This document shows, piece by piece, positions 54,065-60,900 of a stretch of 60,900 nucleotides of DNA; position 1 is the first letter of the stretch; every line of letters starts with the position of its first letter. This stretch comes from Bacillales bacterium UBA6877. GTDB lineage: Bacteria > Bacillota_I > Bacilli_A > RFN20 > CAG-826. Where the stretch lies: NCBI GenBank assembly GCA_002451465.1, contig DKCJ01000020.1, forward strand, positions 52,777 to 113,676, read 5' to 3'. The position numbers and the translations under genes are program-made. The notes beneath the pieces were generated by a model. The model had not been told where the DNA came from and did not search any database. It saw only the letters and a list, made by a program, of their open reading frames with translations.

Positions 54065-56653
54065 ATGGCTTTAGAAACGCGTTATGATTTTAAAAAAGTT
54101 GAAGAAGGTAAATATGAAAATTGGAAAAATAAAGGATATTTTACTGCTGGTGATAAATCAAAAGCGAAATTTTCTATGGTCATTCCTCCTCCTAATGTTA
54201 CTGGAAAACTTCATATTGGTCATACATTAGATACAACAATACAAGACATTACATGCCGATATAAAAAAGCTAAAGGCTTTGACGTTTTATATCTTCCAGG
54301 TTGTGATCATGCTGGTATCGCAACACAAGCAAAAGTCGATAAAAGATTACAAGAAATGGGAACTTCTAGATTTAAAATTGGTCGTGAAGCATTCTTAAAA
54401 CAAGCATACGCATGGAAAGATGAATATAGTCAAATTATTCAATCACAATGGGCTAAAACTGGCCTTATGCTTGACTATTCTAGAGAAAGATTTACTTTGG
54501 ATGATGGCTTTTCAAAGGCTGTTTATTATGTTTTTAAAGAACTTTATGATGAAGGTTTAATATATAGAGGTGAAAGGATCGTAAATTGGGATCCTAAAAT
54601 GAAAACTGCTCTAAGCAATATTGAAGTTATCTATAAAGAAGATAAAGGCTATTTTTATTATTTTAAATATCGTTTAGTTGAAGATAAATCTAAATTTTTA
54701 GTAATTGCCACAACTCGTCCAGAAACAATGTTTGGCGATACATGTATATGCGTAAATCCAAAAGATAAACGTTACAAAGAATTTGTTGGTAAAAAAGTCA
54801 TTAACCCTGCAAATAACGAAGAAATTCCAGTTATTGCCGACGATTACGTTGATATGAAATTTGGTACTGGTGCAATGAAATGTACACCAGCTCATGATCC
54901 AAACGATTGGAATATTGGTAAAAAGTATAATTTACCACACCCAATAATTATGAATGTTGATGGAACAATGGCCGAAAATACAGGTGTATATAGTGGATTA
55001 GATAGATATGTTTGTAGAGAAAAATTAGTCGAGAAAATCAAAGAAAATGGTGATCTTGTCAAAATAGAAGAACTTGTCCATCAAGTAGGACATTCAGAAA
55101 GAAGTGATGCGGTAGTAGAACCTATTTTATCTAAACAATGGTTTGTTAAAATGAAACCTTTAGCCGAGGCTGTTTTAAAACAACAAAAAAGCAAAGATAA
55201 ATTATTATTCTTTCCAAAAAGATTTGAAAAAGTATTAGATAGATGGATGTCTAACTGTGATGATTGGTGCATATCAAGACAATTATGGTGGGGACACAGA
55301 ATACCAGTATATTACAATAAAATAACTGGAAATTTACTAGTTAGCGATAAAATGCCTGAAGACAAAGAAAATTGGTACCAAGATGAAGATGTTTTGGATA
55401 CATGGTTTTCTAGTGCTTTGTGGCCATTTGCAACTCTCGGTTGGCCACAAAATACTGACGATTATAACCGTTATTATCCATTAGATTGTATGTCTACAGG
55501 TTACGATATTATTTTCTTTTGGGCCGCAAGAATGTATTTTCAAGGTCTACATTTCACAAATAAAACACCTTTTAAAAATATAGTTATCCATGGTTTAGTC
55601 CGTGATTCCCAAGGTAGAAAAATGTCAAAATCTCTTGGAAATGGAATAGATCCATTCGATATTATTGATAAATATGGCGTTGATAGTTTGCGATATTTTT
55701 TAGCCACTAGCGCAGCACCTGGTCAAGATATGCGTTTTAGCGAAGAAAAAGTTAATTCATGCCAAAATTATTTAAATAAAATATGGAATAGTGCAAGATA
55801 TATATTACTTAATATTCCAGAAAATTTTGATGAACAAAAAGTTGATTATAAAAAATTAGGAAGCATTGATAAATTTATACTTTCAAAACTTGAAGAAACT
55901 ATCAAAAAAATTACCAATAATATGGACAAATATGAGTATGGTATAGCTTCAAGCGTTTTGTATAATTTTGTTTATGATGATTTTTGTTCTTTTTATCTAG
56001 AAATGACAAAAGTAAGTTTAAAAAATGAAAATTCATATAAAGAAGGAACTTATTTTGCCCTTTTAAAGGTTTTAAAAGCAATTATAATGATGATTTATCC
56101 ATTTTCACCATTTATAACCGAGGAAATTTATCTCAATTTACCAAAACATAAAGAATCAATAATGTTAGAAGATTATCCTTCTTACGAAAAGAAATATGTT
56201 AATAAAAAATACGATAAAAAAGGCACACTTTTAAAAGATATTATCGAACAAATCAGAGTCTATAAAGTTAACAATAAACTAGCACCAAATGCAAAACTTG
56301 ATTTAAAATTAAAATCAAACGAAGATATTAATGATTTATTGCCATATATAAAAAGATTTTCTTTTGCAAATACATTAGATTTAGTTGATCAAGACGTTAA
56401 TAATTCAACAAGCATAATTTTAGATGACGTGACTATCTTTATATTAGATAACACTAATAAAGAAGATGTTTTAAATAATTTAAATAAAGAATATGAGCGT
56501 TTAAAATCCGAAATTAAAAGAAGCGAAAATATGCTTTCCAATCCAAATTTTTTAAACAAAGCACCTAAACAAAAAGTCGATTTAGAAAAAGAAAAATACG
56601 AAAAATATAAATTACAAATTCAAGAAATTGAAGAAAAATTGAAAAAAATTTAA
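54065..56653 (+). CDS. valS: valine--tRNA ligase
   Basis: HIGH (LHIGHTLD), KMSKS and a C-terminal coiled coil. There is no T-box leader; the gap to engB is only 12 nt. Confidence 0.97.
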   Translation: MALETRYDFKKVEEGKYENWKNKGYFTAGDKSKAKFSMVIPPPNVTGKLHIGHTLDTTIQDITCRYKKAKGFDVLYLPGCDHAGIATQAKVDKRLQEMGTSRFKIGREAFLKQAYAWKDEYSQIIQSQWAKTGLMLDYSRERFTLDDGFSKAVYYVFKELYDEGLIYRGERIVNWDPKMKTALSNIEVIYKEDKGYFYYFKYRLVEDKSKFLVIATTRPETMFGDTCICVNPKDKRYKEFVGKKVINPANNEEIPVIADDYVDMKFGTGAMKCTPAHDPNDWNIGKKYNLPHPIIMNVDGTMAENTGVYSGLDRYVCREKLVEKIKENGDLVKIEELVHQVGHSERSDAVVEPILSKQWFVKMKPLAEAVLKQQKSKDKLLFFPKRFEKVLDRWMSNCDDWCISRQLWWGHRIPVYYNKITGNLLVSDKMPEDKENWYQDEDVLDTWFSSALWPFATLGWPQNTDDYNRYYPLDCMSTGYDIIFFWAARMYFQGLHFTNKTPFKNIVIHGLVRDSQGRKMSKSLGNGIDPFDIIDKYGVDSLRYFLATSAAPGQDMRFSEEKVNSCQNYLNKIWNSARYILLNIPENFDEQKVDYKKLGSIDKFILSKLEETIKKITNNMDKYEYGIASSVLYNFVYDDFCSFYLEMTKVSLKNENSYKEGTYFALLKVLKAIIMMIYPFSPFITEEIYLNLPKHKESIMLEDYPSYEKKYVNKKYDKKGTLLKDIIEQIRVYKVNNKLAPNAKLDLKLKSNEDINDLLPYIKRFSFANTLDLVDQDVNNSTSIILDDVTIFILDNTNKEDVLNNLNKEYERLKSEIKRSENMLSNPNFLNKAPKQKVDLEKEKYEKYKLQIQEIEEKLKKI

Positions 56654-56698
56654 AATTTTTCTAAATTCCCCCCTTATTATTAGTGAAGGGAGGATAGT

Positions 56699-56881
56699 AT
56701 GAATAGAATATCGTTAACCGAAAATGAATTAAACGATATAAAAGTTGGTGAAGCAATAACACTAGCTGCAGTCTTAGCAGTAATGACAATTGCCATCTTA
56801 GCAGTAGTTGTATATCGTTTATTCACTTCTAAAAGTTCTTCAATTAAAATTCCGGGCGGTTGGTCATTTACTTGGAAATAA
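56699..56881 (+). CDS. 60-aa hydrophobic peptide with a double-glycine-like leader
   Basis: SD GGGAGGA upstream. One TM segment (ITLAAVLAVMTIAILAVVVY) and an aromatic C-terminus (KIPGGWSFTWK). Confidence 0.55.
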   Translation: MNRISLTENELNDIKVGEAITLAAVLAVMTIAILAVVVYRLFTSKSSSIKIPGGWSFTWK

Positions 56882-56925
56882 TATCAGTTTTTTTGAATAA
56901 TTCTCATTTTTTAATGATTTCTAGT

Positions 56926-56954
56926 TTGACACACATTTGAAAGAAATGTATAAT
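56926..56954 (+). promoter_or_regulatory. consensus sigma-A promoter TTGACA-17 nt-TATAAT for rplU-prp-rpmA
   Basis: TTGACA at 56926..56931 and TATAAT at 56949..56954, with exactly 17 nt between them. Confidence 0.8.
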
Positions 56955-56960
56955 CCTATT

Positions 56961-57050
56961 GTTGTAACTCTATTTAGCTACAACCGCATAAAAAAGGTTC
57001 AAAAAAAGATTAATTTCTTACCTTAATAGCGAGTATTTTTTAAAGAGGAG
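56961..57050 (+). ncRNA. ~100-nt 5' leader of rplU, possible L21-type ribosomal-protein leader
   Basis: Hairpin GTTGTA-N12-TACAAC at 56961..56984 directly after the predicted +1. The position is analogous to the Bacillota L21 leader. The consensus could not be checked here. Confidence 0.3.
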
Positions 57051-57059
57051 GATGCATAA

Positions 57060-57368
57060 ATGTACGCAATAATTTTAACTGGCGGAAAACAAGTCAAAGT
57101 TGAAGTTGGCCAAAAAATCTACGTTGAAAAACTCGATGCAGAAGTTGGTTCTAAATATACCTTTGATAAAGTTTTATTAATTGGTGACACATCAATTAAA
57201 ACTGGCAATCCATATGTTGAGGGTGCTAGTGTTGTTGCAAAAGTTGAAAAACAAGGCTTAAGCAAAAAGATTAAAGTTTTCAAGTATAAGGCTAAATCAA
57301 ATTATCACAGAACACTTGGTCATAGACAACCATATACTTGCTTAACAATCGAATCAATCAACTTATAA
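57060..57368 (+). CDS. rplU: 50S ribosomal protein L21
   Basis: [18 protein letters not shown] start and strong SD AGAGGAGGA. Confidence 0.97.
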   Translation: MYAIILTGGKQVKVEVGQKIYVEKLDAEVGSKYTFDKVLLIGDTSIKTGNPYVEGASVVAKVEKQGLSKKIKVFKYKAKSNYHRTLGHRQPYTCLTIESINL

Positions 57369-57673
57369 TGATTAAAATTAATTATTATATAGATGGTGGT
57401 TTTATTAGGAATTTGTGTGTCCAAGGTCATGCTGAATATCGTAAAGTAAATAACATCGATGTTGTTTGCGCTTGTGTGTCTAGTATTGTAATTGGTGGAT
57501 TAAATGCAATAGAAGACATAAATAATTACAAAATTTCAATTAATTATGGAGATGTTAATGTCTCAATTAATAAAGCAAATAATCATGACAACGATGTTCT
57601 AAATACGATAATTGTTCAGCTAAAAACTTTGGAAACAAAATATCCCAAAAACATTAAAATTAAAGAGAATTGA
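57368..57673 (+). CDS. prp: ribosomal-processing cysteine protease Prp (YsxB)
   Basis: GHAEY and VCACVSSIV (His/Cys dyad). Located between rplU and rpmA. ATG 57368 overlaps the rplU stop (TAATG), and the track start at 57338 is an over-extension. Confidence 0.85.
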   Translation: MIKINYYIDGGFIRNLCVQGHAEYRKVNNIDVVCACVSSIVIGGLNAIEDINNYKISINYGDVNVSINKANNHDNDVLNTIIVQLKTLETKYPKNIKIKEN

Positions 57674-57693
57674 AAGAAAGGCTGGTATAAACT

Positions 57694-57987
57694 ATGAAAA
57701 TTAGATTTGAACTTAATATTCAACTCTTTGCATCACATAAAGGTGTTGGAAGTACTAAAAACGGCAGAGATAGTGCTGGTCGTAGATTAGGTTCCAAACT
57801 CGGCGATGGACAAGTTTGCAAAGCAGGTGCTATTATTTATAGACAACGTGGAACTCGTGTTTATCCTGGTATTAATACTAAAAAAGGTAGTGATGATACT
57901 ATTTTCGCTACTAAAGCAGGATATGTTAAATTCGAAAGAATTGGAAAAAATAAGAAAAGAGTTAGCGTTTACGAACTTAGAAAATAA
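57694..57987 (+). CDS. rpmA: 50S ribosomal protein L27 with N-terminal propeptide
   Basis: [27 protein letters not shown]. The mature N-terminus motif follows a Prp-type cleavage site. Confidence 0.97.
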   Translation: MKIRFELNIQLFASHKGVGSTKNGRDSAGRRLGSKLGDGQVCKAGAIIYRQRGTRVYPGINTKKGSDDTIFATKAGYVKFERIGKNKKRVSVYELRK

Positions 57988-57990
57988 ATA

Positions 57991-58019
57991 AAACCACCTG
58001 TTTAAGGTGGTTTTCTTTT
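57991..58019 (+). terminator. rho-independent terminator
   Basis: AAACCACC-tgtttaa-GGTGGTTT followed by TCTTTT. Confidence 0.75.
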
Positions 58020-58038
58020 AAAGAAACAATATTTGGTT

Positions 58039-59310
58039 ATGAATTTATTTATTGATCGAGCAGTCATAGAATTAAGAAGTGGAAAAGGTGGCGATGGAGC
58101 CATTGCTTTTATTCATGAAAAAAATCGTCCTCTTGGAGGACCATGCGGTGGTAATGGTGGTCGTGGCGGGAGTATTTATTTAAGATGCTCACAAACCGTT
58201 ACTACACTTGTTAATTTTAGACATTCAAAAACTTTTATCGCTGAAGACGGACAAAAAGGCGATATCAAAGGTATGTATGGTAGGAAAGCAAACGATATTT
58301 ATATTGATTTGCCATTAGGTACAGTTGTTTTTTTAGAAGAAAACCACAAATTCATCGTTGATATGGATGAAATTGGAAAAACTTTTTTAATTTGTAAAGG
58401 TGGCCGTGGTGGAAGGGGCAATGAAGCTTTTAAAAACTCTCGAAATAAAGCCCCAAAAATTGCCGAAAATGGTTTACCTGGGGAAACAAAAAGGGTAATT
58501 CTTGAATTAAAATTATTAGCTGATGTAGGTATTGTTGGATTTCCAAGTGTTGGAAAGTCAACATTTATACGATGCGTTACAAACTGTAAAGCCGAAATAG
58601 GCGATTATGACTTTACAACGCTTGTCCCTAACCTTGGTGTAGCAACCACAAAAGATGGTCATTCTTTCGTATTAGCCGATATGCCTGGTTTAATAAAAGG
58701 GGCTCATCTTGGAAAAGGCCTTGGGTTACTTTTTTTAAGACATATTGAACGATGTAGAGTATTGATTCATATGGTCGATATGAGTGGCGTTCGCGATCCC
58801 TTAGAAGCTTATAATGATATAAATGAAGAATTAAAAGACTATGGGATGCATCTTATTGATAGACCTCAAATTATTGTTGCAAGCAAAATGGATGAGCCAG
58901 GAGCTGAACAAAGATTAAAAATCTTCGAAAGTCAAATACATAAAAAAGTAATTCCAATATCTTGTTTAACCGACGAAAACTTAGATAAAGTTTTGTACGC
59001 ATGTTATGATGCTTTAAAAGATGCTAAAGTATTCCCAGTTTATGATGAAAAAGATAAGGAAAAAGTTTATGATGCAACAAATGATAAACCAATCTTTGAA
59101 ATTCATAAAACTGACGAACACACCTTTGTAATTACAGGTGATAGGGTAGAAAGAACTTTCGATATTATAAATATTTCAACCGATGAAGGTATGATGAGAT
59201 TAATAACTTATCTAAATAAAATTGGCGTCGATAAAGAACTTCATAAACTTGGTGCAAAAGACGGCGACACTGTAAAATTAAAAGATTTTAGTTTCGATTA
59301 TTACGAATAA
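58039..59310 (+). CDS. obg: GTPase Obg
   Basis: Obg fold with Gly-rich repeats (GGDGAIAF, GGNGGRGGS, GGRGGRGN), G domain GFPSVGKST / DMPGLIKGA and a C-terminal OCT domain. ATG 58039 is preferred over TTG 58033. Confidence 0.95.
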   Translation: MNLFIDRAVIELRSGKGGDGAIAFIHEKNRPLGGPCGGNGGRGGSIYLRCSQTVTTLVNFRHSKTFIAEDGQKGDIKGMYGRKANDIYIDLPLGTVVFLEENHKFIVDMDEIGKTFLICKGGRGGRGNEAFKNSRNKAPKIAENGLPGETKRVILELKLLADVGIVGFPSVGKSTFIRCVTNCKAEIGDYDFTTLVPNLGVATTKDGHSFVLADMPGLIKGAHLGKGLGLLFLRHIERCRVLIHMVDMSGVRDPLEAYNDINEELKDYGMHLIDRPQIIVASKMDEPGAEQRLKIFESQIHKKVIPISCLTDENLDKVLYACYDALKDAKVFPVYDEKDKEKVYDATNDKPIFEIHKTDEHTFVITGDRVERTFDIINISTDEGMMRLITYLNKIGVDKELHKLGAKDGDTVKLKDFSFDYYE

Positions 59311-59331
59311 TTCTATTTGTACTTTTTAAAA

Positions 59332-59886
59332 ATGCTAGATTTTTTAAAAGGAAATGTTGTTTACATAGATAATGAATTTATAGGTTTGGACGTTAATAAT
59401 ATAGGATTCAGAATTTATACTTCAAATACAAAAAATTATAAATTAAATAATAATTATATTTTTTATGTTAATGAAGTATTAAAAGAAGATAAAATATTGA
59501 TTTTTGGCTTTTCAAATCATAAAGAATTAAAGCTTTTTAATAAAATAATTTCAGTTAATGGAGTCGGCTATAAAACTGCATTAACTTTATTTAATAACTT
59601 ATCAATTGAACAATTAATATACTTAATTAAGTCGAAAAATAGTAAAGAATTAGTACAAATTCCAGGAATAGGTGTTCGTGCAGAGCGTATAGTTTTAGAA
59701 CTATCAAATAAGTTAGATGACTTAATAGAGTCTGATATATTCACATATGAAAACGTTTATAAAGCTTTAAAACAAATTGGGTATAAAACAAAAGAAATAT
59801 CAAATGCATTGGCTAAAATTCCTCCTAATCTATCAGATAGTGAAGCAACTAAGCTTGCTATAAAGGAAATAAATTATGGGAAATAA
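59332..59886 (+). CDS. ruvA: Holliday junction DNA helicase RuvA
   Basis: MLDFLKGNVVYI start typical of RuvA and HhH motifs (VNGVGYKTAL, IPGIGVRAERI). The track TTG 59317 is probably an over-extension. Confidence 0.85.
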   Translation: MLDFLKGNVVYIDNEFIGLDVNNIGFRIYTSNTKNYKLNNNYIFYVNEVLKEDKILIFGFSNHKELKLFNKIISVNGVGYKTALTLFNNLSIEQLIYLIKSKNSKELVQIPGIGVRAERIVLELSNKLDDLIESDIFTYENVYKALKQIGYKTKEISNALAKIPPNLSDSEATKLAIKEINYGK

Positions 59887-60826
59887 TGATAATTATCTAA
59901 GACCAACCTCACTTGAAAATTTTTTTGGTCAAATTCAAATAAAAAAAGAATTAGAGGTTTATATTTTCAGTGCGAAAAAGAGAAAAACAGTAATTGATCA
60001 TATGTTATTTTATGGACCACCAGGTTTAGGAAAAACAAGCTTAGCTTATGTTATTGCAAATGAAATGTCAGCAAAAATTATTACGATAAGTGCTTCTGCA
60101 ATAAAGGATGTTCCGGATTTAATATCAATATTAGGTACATTAGATCCTGGCACAATATTATTTATTGATGAAATACATAATTTAGATAGAGAAATTGAGG
60201 AAATTCTCTATAATGCAATGGAGGATTTTAAATTAAATATTACTTATAAAAGTGAGGAGAGCAGCAAAGCAATTACAATTGATTTATCACCATTTACATT
60301 AATTGGTGCAACAACACTTGCCGGTAATATTTCAACCCCTTTAAGAGATCGTTTTGGAATCGTTTTTAAATTTTCATATTATTCAGATAAAGATCTTAAA
60401 GAAATTATAAAATACAATGCAAAAAAAATACGATTGCATCTATTAGTCCCAGCAATTAACGAAATAACAACTAGATGCAGAAAAACACCAAGAATTGCTA
60501 ATAATATTTTAAAAAGATTGTTGGATTATTCTATTTTTTATAATATCAAAAAATTTGATGATAAAAATATTCAAGAAGCATTTAAGTTTTTGAACATCAA
60601 AAAGTATGGCTTAACTAATGAAGATATTCAGGTTTTAAAATGTTTATATATTAATTTTAAAAGCAAGCCTGTATCATTAGAAGCGATTGCTAGTATATTG
60701 AATGAGAATGTAATCAATTTACGCGATATCAACGAACCTTTTCTCGTAAGTCAAAATTTTATCGAGAGAACAAAACAAGGAAGACAAATTACAAAAAAAG
60801 GTATAGAAATTTATAAAGAAATATAG
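59876..60826 (+). CDS. ruvB: Holliday junction DNA helicase RuvB
   Basis: LRPTSLENFFGQ, Walker A GPPGLGKTS, Walker B LFIDEIH and sensor GATTLAG. Overlaps ruvA by 11 nt. Confidence 0.95.
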   Translation: MGNNDNYLRPTSLENFFGQIQIKKELEVYIFSAKKRKTVIDHMLFYGPPGLGKTSLAYVIANEMSAKIITISASAIKDVPDLISILGTLDPGTILFIDEIHNLDREIEEILYNAMEDFKLNITYKSEESSKAITIDLSPFTLIGATTLAGNISTPLRDRFGIVFKFSYYSDKDLKEIIKYNAKKIRLHLLVPAINEITTRCRKTPRIANNILKRLLDYSIFYNIKKFDDKNIQEAFKFLNIKKYGLTNEDIQVLKCLYINFKSKPVSLEAIASILNENVINLRDINEPFLVSQNFIERTKQGRQITKKGIEIYKEI

Positions 60827-60900
60827 TTAAATGCACTATAAATATTCAATTGTTTTTTTACTTGATTTAATGTATATTTCCTGAGTTTTGCGTATTCACT

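Noticed and set aside
52862-55272. Antisense ORFs in lon (52862..53050 and 53129..53353) and valS (54698..54895 and 55081..55272)
   Set aside because: Antisense to highly conserved genes.
57806-57991. 61-aa alternative-frame ORF inside rpmA
   Set aside because: It is out of frame within the L27 gene.
60810-60900. An open minus-strand frame through the last ~90 nt (…SEYAKLRKYTLNQVKKQLNIYSAFNYISL*) that would overlap the ruvB stop
   Set aside because: The fragment is too short to identify and there is no family signal. It may be the 3' end of a convergent gene beyond the window, but this cannot be supported.
1-60900. Search by eye for CRISPR arrays, IS/transposase or integrase genes, prophage modules, restriction-modification or other defence systems, and tRNA/rRNA genes
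   Set aside because: None was found. All intergenic regions longer than 130 nt are accounted for by promoters, T-box leaders, terminators or the small ORF at 19724. This was not a computational scan, so short or degenerate repeats could have been missed.

Overview
The window is a visibly AT-rich (GC not computed), tightly packed chromosomal segment. It uses the standard genetic code: TGA serves as a stop at 7788..7790 and Trp is TGG throughout. Gene order follows the Bacillota backbone: dnaE-nrnA-ackA, ysgA-like/pheST, mraZ-rsmH-ftsAZ, ileS-lspA-rluD, rnhC/mutS2/uvrC, tig-lon-engB-valS, rplU-prp-rpmA-obg and ruvAB. The division cluster has no mur, pbp or ftsW genes. Together with the many Cys-lipobox proteins, this suggests a wall-less Acholeplasma-like Mollicute or a close relative; this is inference only. 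About a third of the window (6.3-27.8 kb) is an alpha-glucan locus. It holds two GH77 paralogues, a cytoplasmic GH13, a maltodextrin ABC operon with a surface GH13 lipoprotein, and glgB-glgP. I saw no CRISPR array, IS element, integrase, prophage, tRNA/rRNA gene or recognisable defence system, so there is no clear novel system here. The most unusual observations are:
(1) the GH77 paralogue at 6303..7796 is intact but lacks both the catalytic Asp nucleophile and the Glu acid/base;
(2) the MalF-type permease has a ~617-residue N-terminal extension that includes a ~435-residue Lys/Glu-rich domain;
(3) a 55-codon ORF with a strong SD, missing from the ORF track, sits behind tandem cre/LacI-type operators that match one on the mal operon promoter;
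(4) an 86-codon FakA-fragment-like ORF lies between a Phe T-box and pheS;
(5) a 60-aa hydrophobic peptide has a double-glycine-like leader and an SD-sequestering hairpin;
(6) an ECF S-component is paired with a DUF523/TudS-like gene.
Several ORF-track N-termini are alternative-start over-extensions and have been corrected in the feature list.
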